Source: Paraspadella gotoi
Lineage: Eukaryota; Animalia; Chaetognatha
Length of the DNA: 18,037 bases
Assembly (NCBI GenBank): GCA_051294375.1
Contig: CM119270.1
Coordinates: 14,211,414-14,229,450, forward strand
Direction of reading: 5' to 3'
The position numbers and the translations under genes were made by a program. The notes beneath the pieces were generated by a model that saw only the letters and a program-made list of their open reading frames with translations, searched no databases and had not been told where the DNA came from. How positions within the stretch are numbered: position 1 is the first letter of the stretch; every line of letters starts with the position of its first letter. Below, piece by piece: positions 1 to 10,794 of the stretch.

Positions 1-139
1 GAATGGAGGAAATTAGAGGAAGTTTTGTAAGAATGATACTGCTAAACAACTATTGACATAGAAACGGTCAAACCCTTAGTGTAATGGGTTGTCTCATCAG
101 AGTAGTAGGGAAGTACACCGATTCCAGTTGGTGAAAAAA

Positions 140-1044
140 GGCAGAAGATCAAGTACGATCTAGAAAGGTGAGTCGACCCGTCAGTTTTACCAAAAAGAAG
201 ACGACGGGCGATGTAAGTATCCACCACCTTCTTTTATTTCTTCTTATCTTCTTTCTCTTTTTCTCTTTGCTAATCTTCACTAGTCTCTCTATTCTTCCCT
301 ATCTTTTCCCCATCACTATATTAAATATATCAAACGAATATAAATTTATAAAGTCTAGAGAGTAAGATCACTCAACTGTTTTTATTACTTTTCAAACATT
401 CCTTCCTGCAACAGGATAAGGTAAAAACAAGGAAAGTCAATTCCAAGGTGTTGCGCCGTATTAAACGATCATTTAATTTTTAAGAAACTCACTTTTATAT
501 ATTTTTTAAGTAATGCTTTGACTTTGAGTATTCGAGCAGCAACTTCAAGTTACTTATTGTTTGTTTGAGAGGCTCGTCGGTTAGTTTGTCTGTTTATAAG
601 TCGGTCCTATTTATATTTTAAATAATTATAACATGAATAATACTTTATTTCTTTAATCTTAAGTATATTAACTATATTTACAAAAATACGATCTATGCTT
701 ATTTAAAAAAGACAAATAAAAAAAAATATTATTTATAGACAAATAGATACAGACAGACCGACTGAAAGCGTTTTATATAGATTTGCTCCCATGGTGCTCT
801 ACTGGTACAACGAGTTCGATCTCCGCATTTTTCTCTTCTTTCTATCTACTCCACCTGACGGTTCCGTCCCCGTAAACCTTCTTCCACGTAACCCGGTCCC
901 AAAAAAGGGTCCTTCTGGACCCTCGGCGTCACGAAAAAAGATTTTCGCCCCGGGCCACGCCCCTTGAGACGCCGCGCGAGACGCCGTGGGAGGGCGAAGG
1001 TCAACAGCGTAGATCATCCTGTTGAGGAGCATTGAATCTGTATT
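140..1044 (+). repeat. Partial direct copy of a ~2.4 kb unit (3' half); matches ~4450-5645
   Basis: Shared strings include aaacgaatataaatttataaagtct, ggtgttgcgccgtattaaa, gtaatgctttgactttga and ctactccacctgacggttccgtccccgtaaac. The copy ends at an N gap. Confidence 0.9.
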
Positions 1045-1057
1045 NNNNNNNNNNAAT

Positions 1058-2081
1058 TCAACTTTCCTTACTTTTATTTCCCTTCTCCCACTCGGGCACT
1101 CTCCTTTTATTTTCTTATTCCTTTATTTTCTTCTTCCTTATATTTCTTCTACTTCCCTCCCTCTTCTTTCCTCTTATCTTTCTTCCTCCCACACAAAAAT
1201 ACGCCCCTCTCCCCAACGCCTCCCCCCCCCCAACTCGTTTCCTCCCCTTTCTCCTTTTGTGCGTTGACACAAACAAAGTGTATAACTTGCGCCATCTATC
1301 ATCGCCGTCGCTTCTTCGCGCCTCTTTAGCGCCGCCGTTTCCGGAATAACGCCACGTGTTAAGAGAGGGAGGAGGAGGAGGTGGAGGAGGAAGGAAAAAA
1401 AAGGTTAGACGGAGGAATAAAGGGAGGTGAGAAAGACGAAAAGAAAATGGGAGGAAAATCGGGTTGAGATTCGAGTGGAGGAAATAAAAAGAAGTAAGAA
1501 AATGAAAAATGACGCGACTCGTGAGCGTCAAGATTATATTTTCGAGTTAAATGTTACAAATATTAAAAAAAATTATATGTTTTTTTTTTTGAATGTAAAT
1601 TCTGATTTTACTATTCTAAGTCATCGCAATTAGGATTTTTGTTATTTTAAGTCTAGGACTAAAATAACCTTGAAGTTTTTTTTCCCCCTCGCCTTGAATT
1701 TGCTTTGGAAAGCAATGTGTCCCGGGGTATATGGCTAAAAACATCGTCGTCGTCGTCGTCGTCGTTTTCGGCGCCCATTGTGATTCTACGACGCCGCGGC
1801 GGAGAACCGCCGGCCCCGGATGTTCTCGGCGGCGGCGTCGGATGTCGGTGCCATCCGTTTGTAAACGCCGTTAGTCTAACGTCGAACGACGAAGTTCCGA
1901 AAGGAAAGAGGAGATGAGAGGAGAGAAGTTAGAGGAGTTGAGACGAGCAGTGAATAGAAAGGTCAAACCGGAGGGTTAGAATGAGAGAGAGGGGAAGACA
2001 GACAGGTGTGAAGAAAGGCAGAGATGAAGTAGATCAGAAAAGGTGAGACCCGTAGTTTTAACAAAAAGAAGACGACGGGCG
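1058..2081 (+). repeat. Partial direct copy of the ~2.4 kb unit (5' half); matches 3201-~4531
   Basis: Shared strings include tcaactttccttacttttattt, aaacaaagtgtataacttgcgccatctat, cgtttccggaataacgccacgtgttaagagagggaggagga and cgcggcggagaaccgccggcccc. The copy starts right after an N gap. Confidence 0.9.
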
Positions 2082-3200
2082 TCCTCCTCCCATCTCCCTA
2101 TCTCTATTCTTCCGCCCTAATTCGTTTGAAGAACTGCGAAACTTCCCGATCATTTTCTACGGGGGCGATTACTTTTCTCTCTGTTGTTGATATACTTTCT
2201 CTTCCGGAGATGGATCGGTCTCTGAATCTTGGTTGTTCTCTCGTTATGGTGGGTGTGTTTTTCTCTTTGTCACTCGTCGACCGGAACGAACGTCCTGTCC
2301 CACTTCTCTTTTATTCTCCTCTTTCTTTAAGGTTTCCATTTTATTCTTGTTCATCTATCTCGACTTTTTTTCAAATCTCGTCCATTTTTTTTTTGAACTT
2401 TCCCTTGTTCAATGGGTTTTTTTTTTTAACTTATTCCCGGTTATTCGGCCCCCGTTTATATTTTTCGGTGAATATGTGCCATTTATTATTTTAAACAGTT
2501 TCTCTGTTTGATGTATTTTTATATTCTTAACCTATATCTTTCTTTTTAATCAATCTTGCTCTGGTTATTCTATTATTCATAATTAACACCTCGGTGCTCT
2601 TGTTCTGTCCTCCGGCGCGCTCTTCGGCTACAACCCCAGCGCCCCGGTTCCCAAACCGTCATATTGTCACTTCTCCTTGACCTCTTACCCCTACATCACT
2701 TTCACCGCCCTACATTCCCGCGCCCGCCCCATTTTTTAGCGTCCGCATATTTTCTTTTTCTTTGTTCTTTTTTTTTCTCTTTTTTTTTCTTTTTCCAATC
2801 GGAGGGCGAAATCGCGTCCATGCATTTATGCCATAGATTTTGAGCGATAGGGTAAGCGGGTGGGAGGGGGGGGGGGTCGGGAAGGGGTCATTTGGGGGGG
2901 GGGTGGCGGGGTAGGAGTGACGGTTGGGCTGGCGAGTACGACGCGGTGGGGGTGGTGGGGCAAGTCCGACCTCCGACAATCACATTATAATCCGAAATTT
3001 TTTCGTTTACGAAACTAATTTATCCTTTGATTACATTCGTATTTCATTATATTTAACAGAATACAGCCTAAAGGAACAATAAAATGAATAATTTATCTAC
3101 ACCTTTTGTCGCCTTCCGTCGCCTTTCATCTTGTTTTTCATTTTAGCATCATCTCTCAACAATCCCTTAGTTCTTTTTTCCTCTATTTCACGATTCGATA

Positions 3201-5645
3201 TCAACTTTCCTTACTTTTATTTTCTTCACTTCTCCCACTCGGCCCCTCCTTTTATTCCTCTTATTCCTTTATTTTCTTATTTCCTTTTATTTTCTTCCTC
3301 ATTATATTTCTTCTACTTTTCCTCCCTATTTTTTCCCCTCTTATCTCTTTCTTCTCTCGCCACAACAAAATACGGCACGCCCCTACTCCCAACGGCTCTC
3401 TTCCTTCGCCCCCCGGGACAGGAATCATCGCGGAGATCAAGACCGTTCAGGCATCCCTGATACTAAGCAATCCCCACAACAGACGCATGATTCGAGTTCC
3501 TGGCCTTTCTCCACCCTTTTGTGCGTTGACAGCAAACAAAGTGTATAACTTGCGCCATCTATGCATCGGCCGACGACCGTCGCTTCTCGGCGCCTCTTTA
3601 AGCGGCCTCGGCGCCGTTTCCGGAATAACGCCACGTGTTAAGAGAGGGAGGAGGAGAGGTGGAGGAGGAAGAAAAAAAAAAAGGTTAGACGGAGGAAATA
3701 AAGGGAGGTTTGAGAAAGACGGAAAAGAAAATGGGAGGGGAAAATCGGGATGATGATTCGAGTGGAGGAATAAAAAGAAGTAAGAAAATGAAAAAATGAC
3801 GCGAGCTCGTGAGCGTCAAGAATTATATTTCGAGGTTAAAATGTTACAAATATTTAAAAATCTGTTTTTTTTTTTAAAAATGTAAATTCTTATTTTAAGC
3901 ATTTAAAGTCATTACGCAATTAGATTTTTGTTATTCTTAATAAATCTGAGGACTACGATGATAATACCTTTGAAGTTTTTTTTTTTTTCCCGCCTAGTTC
4001 TTGAATTTGCTTTGGAAGGCAAAAATGGTGTCCCGCCGCCCGGGGGTATACTGGTACATTATCGGTATCGGTTCCGTTGCGTCGTCGTCGTCGCTCGGAG
4101 TGGTCGCTCGTTTTTCTCGGCGCCCCATGTGTATTTCTTAACTAAGATCTATACTCTAACTACGGGAACGCCGTCACGCGGCGGAGAACCGCCGGCCCCC
4201 GGATGTTCTCTAAGATGGCGCGCGGGCGGTCGGAAATTCGGTGCCATCTCGTTTTGGTTGGTAAACGCCGTTTGGTTGAGTCTAACGTCGAAACTGACGA
4301 AGATTCCGACAGGAAAGAGGGATGAGAAGAGAGAAGTCAGAAGGAGGGTTGGGACGAGACGAATAGAAAGGTTCAAAACCGGGAGGGGTGAGAATGAGAG
4401 AGAGGAGAAGGACAGACGAAGTTTCATTGACAGGTGTGCTAAGGAAGGCAGAGATGAATGTAGATCATCAGAAAGAGGTGAGACGTCAGCTCGTAGTTTT
4501 AACTTAGAACAAAAAGAAGACGACTCGGGCGAAGTCAAATGCGATTAAAGGTCTCAACACTTTTTTTCCTGTTTTTTTTCACTATCGTATAACTATATGG
4601 ATAATGGAATATGGATATGGATATTATCACATAAGGGTTTATTTGAGACCGCCATTTTAACTGAATAAATATAAAACGAATATAAATTTATAAAGTCTTC
4701 GAGAGTAAGATCACTGATGTTTTTATTATCTTCTCTTCAAAGCTGTCTTCCTTGCCACATCGAATACGTAAACAATTTACCCAATAGGTGTTGCGCCGTA
4801 TTAAAACGATCATTTAATTTTTTAAAAACTCACTTTTATATATTTTTTAAAGTAATGCTTTGACTTTGAAGTATTCGAGCAGCAACTTCAATTTTATTAT
4901 ATGGTCTTCGTTTTGAGAGGCTAGCTGTCCGGTTAAGTTTGTCTGTTTTATAAGTCGCGTTCCTATTATTTTAATAATTATTAACATGAATAATATCTTT
5001 ATATTTCTTTAATCTTAAGTATTAACTATATTATCAAAAATACGATCTAAGTGCTTATTTTAAAAAAGACAAATAAAAAAATTATTATTTATAGACAAAT
5101 AGATACAGACGATCGAAAAATTTTGAATTTTTGAACGTTTTTTGAAGTTATTTTTATGTTTTCTTATGAATTAGTCCATAACAATTATTTTGAGTCAATT
5201 CAAACGTTAGTGTCTTTATTGTTTCTGTTTGAATTTTAAAGTTGTTAGTTTTTTACACTGATACTTGTTTTTGATTTGGGTCAATACTTTTTTGGGTATT
5301 AATAAAAAAAAAACAAGTTACAGTAATAACAAAAAAAAAACAAAAAAAAAAAAAAAAAAGCGTTTTATATAGATTTGCTCCATGGTGCCCTCTACTGGTA
5401 AACACGAGTCGATCTCGCGCATCTTTTCTCTTCTTTCTATCTACTCCACCTGACGGTTCCGTCCCCGTAAACTTCTTCACGTAACCGGGCCGCAAAAAGG
5501 GGTCCTTCTGGACCCTCGCGTCGAAAAAAGATTTTCCGGCCCCGGGCCAACGATGCGCGCCTGTGAGACGCCGCGCGAGACGCGTGGGAGGGCGGAGGTC
5601 AACAGCGTAGATCAATCCTGTTGAGGAGCAATTGAAATCTGTATT
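3201..5645 (+). repeat. Longest copy of the ~2.4 kb unit
   Basis: Colinear with 1058-2081 followed by 140-1044. Differences are mostly 1-3 nt indels. Confidence 0.9.
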
Positions 5646-5654
5646 CACCAGCGC

Positions 5655-5678
5655 GAGAATAGAGAGAGAGCAAGAGAG

Positions 5679-5711
<33 letters not shown>

Positions 5712-5885
5712 AGTAGAGAGTAGGGGGCAAGGTATTGTAGGAAAGAAGCTTAGTAATGTGGGATAAAGAGAGAGAGAGGTTAGGATAGAGAGTTAAAAAA
5801 GGCAGAAAAAAGAAAGAAGAGAGAGAAAATTAGAAGAGAGGAGAGAGAGAGAGAGAGAGAGAGGAGAGAGGAGAGAGAGAGAGAG

Positions 5886-5922
<37 letters not shown>

Positions 5923-6156
5923 GAAGAGAGAGAGAGAGATAGAGGCGTGAGGGGGTAAGGTGTTGTAGGATAGATGATGGAAAAGAGAGAAGAGTTAGAG
6001 AGACGTTAGGATATAGAGTTAAAGGCAGAAAAAAGAAAGAAAGAGAGAGGATTAGAGAGAGAGAGGGAGAGAGAGAGAGAGGAGAGAAGAGAGAGAGAGA
6101 GCNNNNNNNNNNNNNNNNNNNNNNNNNGAGAGAGAGAGAGAGAGAGAGAGAGAGAC
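5655..6156. repeat. Imperfect (GA)n tract with an internal ~230-bp-period duplication, spanning a 25-N gap
   Basis: GA runs throughout. The block ggggg.aaggt.ttgtagga...gttaggata.agagttaaa..ggcagaaaaaagaaagaa occurs near 5723-5820 and again near 5951-6042. Confidence 0.9.
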
Positions 6157-6635
6157 AACCCGCGGGGTTTCTCCTCTCTTACATTTTTGAAAGTCTATTT
6201 TAGGAAGACAACAGTAGTGGAGAGAAAAATGCGAAAGGAAGCGGAAAAGCGAGATTCAGTAGCTCATTGCTTTTGCCTATTTAACATTTAAATTGCGTTA
6301 AATTGTTCGCCACAAATAACGCAAAGGACAAATTGACAAATAAATTTCAACAAAATCTACTTCGTCTTCCTTTTTTAAATTCAGACTCGTAATCACATTT
6401 CCCGAAATTTATAGTTTTAATTTTATGAATTCGGATGAATACCTATTGAAAAAATAGTTTTTTGCTGTTTCTTTCTTTTCCTCGTGTTTTTATTTTTAGT
6501 AAAAATAAAGTAAAAATAAATCGTTTTTCGTTTATAAGGAAAATAAACTCGAAAATGTCATCGTTCGCTTTTCAAATTACTTTAACGTATTATCTTTTAT
6601 TCTTTGTTTTCGTCCTCGTCTTTTTAAAAGTTATT

Positions 6636-6752
6636 TCGTCGTCGTCGTCGTCATCGTCGTCGCCCTCTTCGTCGTCGTCGTCGCTTTCATCGTTTTCGTC
6701 TTCGTCTTCGTCTTCGTCTTCGTCTTCGTCTTCGTCTTCGTCTTCGTCGTCA
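6636..6752. repeat. (TCG)n / (TCGTCT)n microsatellite
   Basis: Directly visible; reads as poly-Asp/Glu on the minus strand and poly-Ser on the plus strand. Confidence 0.9.
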
Positions 6753-6839
6753 TCCCATTCGTCGCCATTTTGAAACGGCGGCTGTTTCCTCCTTTTGTGA
6801 CGTCTGCCGTTTAACTCGGCCATTATGGGGTCTTAAATC

Positions 6840-6966
6840 TCATGGAATCGACGAGCGCCCGGCGCCCCCCCGCATATTAAAATGACCAAACGACGCCGCG
6901 TCCGGGAAAAGGGGGGGGCGCCGATTGTGGGAGGGTGGAATCGGGTGGGGGGGGGTGCTTGAATTA
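6840..6966 (-). CDS. Candidate terminal exon, possibly of the Dmrt gene
   Basis: Acceptor-like ctttttccag| is followed by a GC-rich, Pro-rich frame NSSTPPHPIPPSHNRRPPLFPDAASFGHFNMRGGAGRSSIP* (TGA 6842-6840). A second frame gives IQAPPPPDSTLPQSAPPPFPGRGVVWSF*. No homology recognised. Confidence 0.25.
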
Positions 6967-7502
6967 CTGGAAAAAGCTTTGATGGTGCGTGATGGGAAAA
7001 ATGGGTAAGAAAGAGAGAGACTATTTTGAATTCAAAACGATAAGGAATTCAGAAACCAATCATAGATGAACCAAAGTCGTTTTGAAACAAAGTATTGTCA
7101 GGTACGTTAAATGCTAAAAAAATATCTCACTTGCAAATAACAAAAATCCCTTTTGCAACGAAAATATCAAGGACTGATAGAATAGAAAATGATCGCCGCC
7201 AAAGAGCGAGAGAGATGGAGACAAAAGAACAACATTGACTACGAAAAAAGCAGAAGTTCCGTTGTCCAACTACGTACGTATGTCGACGGAATAAGAAACG
7301 ACTAACAAACATTGAAGGCGAACAATGTCGAGGAACGAGGATAGACGACGAACGACGAACGACGACGACGACGACAAAAACGCCAAAGCGCCGGTGATGA
7401 ATGTAGTTCGGACAGAATTGCCATCCAAAGAGGCGATTTACATAAGGCGATAACGACGATGATGAGAATTGTGGCAGAGACGAGAATCGCGGCGACCGGC
7501 GG

Positions 7503-8618
7503 NNNNNNNNNNNNNNNNNNNNNNNNNNNNNNNNNNNNNNNNNNNNNNNNNNNNNNNNNNNNNNNNNNNNNNNNNNNNNNNNNNNNNNNNNNNNNNNNNN
7601 NNNNNNNNNNNNNNNNNNNNNNNNNNNNNNNNNNNNNNNNNNNNNNNNNNNNNNNNNNNNNNNNNNNNNNNNNNNNNNNNNNNNNNNNNNNNNNNNNNNN
7701 NNNNNNNNNNNNNNNNNNNNNNNNNNNNNNNNNNNNNNNNNNNNNNNCTCACCGTGATTGAAATTTCTTCCAGTTATATGTACATTGTAATTTTTTCATT
7801 TCAAATAAACTCCGATCTTTTTAGATCTTTTGAGTATTCATCTCTTGGTCTCTAACTTTCTCCACTTCTCGTCTTTCCAGACTAACATCAACGACAACAA
7901 TAACAACATCAACAACGACAACGAGGCTCTCTTCCCGAACCCCCTCGTCTTTTCGCTCCCCTGGAAGCAACTCGTTTATGATGACAACAATTGAAAATGA
8001 TGAGANNNNNNNNNNNNNNNNNNNNNNNNNNNNNNNNNNNNNNNNNNNNNNNNNNNNNNNNNNNNNNNNNNNNNNNNNNNNNNNNNNNNNNNNNNNNNNN
8101 NNNNNNNNNNNNNNNNNNNNNNNNNNNNNNNNNNNNNNNNNNNNNNNNNNNNNNNNNNNNNNNNNNNNNNNNNNNNNNNNNNNNNNNNNNNNNNNNNNNN
8201 NNNNNNNNNNNNNNNNNNNNNNNNNNNNNNNNNNNNNNNNNNNNNNNNNNNNNNNNNNNNNNNNNNNNNNNNNNNNNNNNNNNNNNNNNNNNNNNNNNNN
8301 NNNNNNNNNNNNNNNNNNNNNNNNNNNNNNNNNNNNNNNNNNNNNNNNNNNNNNNNNNNNNNNNNNNNNNNNNNNNNNNNNNNNNNNNNNNNNNNNNNNN
8401 NNNNNNNNNNNNNNNNNNNNNNNNNNNNNNNNNNNNNNNNNNNNNNNNNNNNNNNNNNNNNNNNNNNNNNNNNNNNNNNNNNNNNNNNNNNNNNNNNNNN
8501 NNNNNNNNNNNNNNNNNNNNNNNNNNNNNNNNNNNNNNNNNNNNNNNNNNNNNNNNNNNNNNNNNNNNNNNNNNNNNNNNNNNNNNNNNNNNNNNNNNNN
8601 NNNNNNNNNNNNNNNNNN
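7503..8618. other. Assembly gaps 7503-7747 and 8006-8618 around a 258-bp island (other gaps: 1045-1054, 6103-6127)
   Basis: Runs of N. Confidence 1.
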
Positions 8619-8632
8619 TTTGTTTGTCGGGT

Positions 8633-8635
8633 GAG

Positions 8636-8724
<89 letters not shown>
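8633..8724. repeat. (GA)n microsatellite
   Basis: Directly visible, next to a gap. Confidence 0.95.
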
Positions 8725-8727
<3 letters not shown>

Positions 8728-9644
8728 GGATTTTGGATGGATTTCATTTCGTCAATCATCCGTTATGCTCACTCACTCTCCGAGTGCGCACTGTACAAAA
8801 GCTCTTCTCTCAGGGTACATCAAATGGCTCTTTTTCTCCCACTAGCTTGCGTGGTGACATCCATATTCGGACTGTTCCTCTCTCGTAATATCTTGTGTGT
8901 GTCGTCGGTCCTGACGCGTCGATTGTGCTGATGATGAAAAGAGTGTGCGCGATGGAGTGATAGAATCAGATAGTATGAATCGTTAAGTCGGAAGCGGATC
9001 ATTATCAATCCAAACTCAGATCTTTAGCTTTGTCCTCTGCAAGGTTCACGATATTTTCGATGTCGTGTGTGTTTTGTGTTATTTTTTCGATGATTAATGG
9101 TAGTGGCAGCAGATTATGTGAGGTTGGTGAGCCTCAGTGAGTAATAGCGATGCATGTCTGATCAGATGTAGCTTCTTAATGCTATTGTCGACTGATGAGA
9201 CGGAGAGAGAGAGAGAGAGAATAACTTGTCGTACTACTGCTCACTGACTGCCTTTTCGATATGAGACTGGGCGGCGTCCTCAGATCTCTAGATCAGTTCT
9301 AGACCTGGATCGACTAATAGTGTAAGAGACAAGCGTTAGCTTGACAATCCACGCTGCGGGTCTGCCGCGTCATATGTAGCTACGATGTCATAGCCAGCAG
9401 TCTGAGAGAGATGGACTTATAATCACATAATATCTCGACGCCGGTCTTCAACTCTCTCTCTTTGATCTCGTTCTCAATATATAATGATCTAACTGCACGC
9501 ATGATGTATCCTATACCCTGTATCATCGAAAATTATGACGGGGAAAATGGGAGAAAGACATTCATCATGCACGGGGGTTCTAAGTTATCTCTCTCTCTCT
9601 CTCCTCTTCTTCTTAGAGAGAAAAAGGGAATAAAACGAATTATT

Positions 9645-9753
9645 TTTCTATATTCCCGTGAATTCGGCCGCAGAGGAGGAAGAGGAAGAGGATGAGGGAG
9701 AGCGAAGGTTTCGACACGCCTCCCTTTGATTCCGAGGACGCTCGTTTGGTCCC
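9645..9753 (-). CDS. Possible fifth coding exon of the Dmrt gene (boundaries uncertain)
   Basis: GC-rich in-frame stretch DQTSVLGIKGRRVETFALPHPLPLPPLRPNSRE follows a CCTAAT branch-like motif. However, the expected acceptor reads CGG rather than CAG, and no clean donor is visible. Confidence 0.4.
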
Positions 9754-9846
9754 CCGGATTTTGATGATTAGGATAAGCAAAACAGTAAATGGAAGTAAAT
9801 ACAACAAACAACAAAAAAGAGGACATATAAGCGACACTTAACTTAC

Positions 9847-9921
9847 CGACGCCATCGTCTTCATGCGAAGGGAAGGAGTGACTGGATTTTGTGGCGGCAG
9901 AGGGCGACTCGAGGCATCCGT
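9847..9921 (-). CDS. Dmrt99B: Dmrt99B-like gene, 75-nt internal exon
   Basis: Acceptor ttttgttttcag| and donor CG|GTAAGT, phase 1 at both ends. Joins the previous exon in frame (G|AC = Asp) and reads DGCLESPSAATKSSHSFPSHEDDGV. Confidence 0.75.
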
Positions 9922-10228
9922 CTGAAAACAAAACGACAACGCTAAAAGGTCTACATTTAAATCAATTATAGTTTAACATTAAATAATTATGACAATACAA
10001 ATATTGAAAACTTGCGGGGTCCTGCTAAGTTATTTTCTTGTAAGGGGGATGCAGGCCATAACCCACCAGAGCCGGTTGAAAGTAATCGGATGGATAGCTT
10101 TTTTATTAAATGAATGGATAATTTTTATCTTGGTTGTACTTTTTGTACCTTTTGCTTTTCTACTTTTAACCTTTAAACTTTACGTTAATATTCTTAACTC
10201 TAACCTTACCTCCCGCCGCCCAACTCAC

Positions 10229-10532
10229 CTTTCTCACCTCTCGCCAAATTCGCGGGCGAGAGGCTGCGTCTAGAGTCGGCCTGACCCTGAGTGCTCAGGT
10301 TGATGCCCTGCAAAGGGAAGTGGGGCAAGGGCGGCGGCGAGGAGGCCCCGTTAGCGGGCAGGCGGCAGGGAGGAGAGCCTCGAGGCGGACTGGGATAAGA
10401 GGGGCCGAGGGGACCGGGCAATGGAGGGGGCAGAGGAGCGGGGGCGGGGGGCGGCACCACAGAGGAAGCGTAGAGGAGACCCATCTCTCGCGCTTCGTTC
10501 TCCTCTCTCGCCTGCTGACGTCGGAGCGCCAC
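10229..10532 (-). CDS. Dmrt99B: Dmrt99B-like gene, exon with the DM C-terminal helix and a Pro-rich region
   Basis: Acceptor tttctcatctccttccag| is followed by VALRRQQAREENEAREMGLLY, continuing AAQ exactly. It resembles VALRRQQAQEENEARELGLLY, which I recall for insect Dmrt99B. Best donor is AG|GTGAGT at 10229/10228 (phase 1). Confidence 0.9.
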
Positions 10533-10714
10533 CTGGAAGGAGATGAGAAACGTTAGATAAACGTTAATTCTTATAAAATTAAAAGGGGAAAACAAAGATT
10601 AGTTGACGATCGGATCAGAGTCCGTTAATTAATTGAGCGAAAAGAATGAGAATATACGTAGAATTATATGTGGAATTATATTGATTATACAATGTAAACA
10701 AACAATGAAAAATG

Positions 10715-10794
10715 GAGAGAGCGAGAGAGCGAGAGAGCGAGAGAGCGAGAGAGCGAGAGAGCGAGAGAGCGAGAGAGCGAGAGAGCGAGAGAGC
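10715..10794. repeat. (GAGAGAGC)10 perfect octamer repeat in the intron splitting the DM region
   Basis: Ten exact 8-bp copies. Confidence 0.95.

Noticed and set aside
2082-3200. Possible degraded inverted copy of the adjacent unit, or G-quadruplex element at ~2858-2960
   Set aside because: Only low-complexity similarity with no convincing colinear match; G-run lengths are unreliable in this error-prone region.
1022-3753. Many hydrophobic F/L/S-rich ORFs resembling membrane proteins
   Set aside because: They arise from pyrimidine-rich low-complexity DNA, and frames are not preserved between the duplicate copies.
7438-8888. Long ORFs in the track (up to 312 aa)
   Set aside because: They consist of N runs and (GA)n translations, so they are artefacts.
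9586-9622. Resemblance to a PacBio SMRTbell adapter (atctctctc...gagaga); also atctctcaacaa at ~3151
   Set aside because: Matches are partial and low-complexity, and I found no inverted duplication around them.
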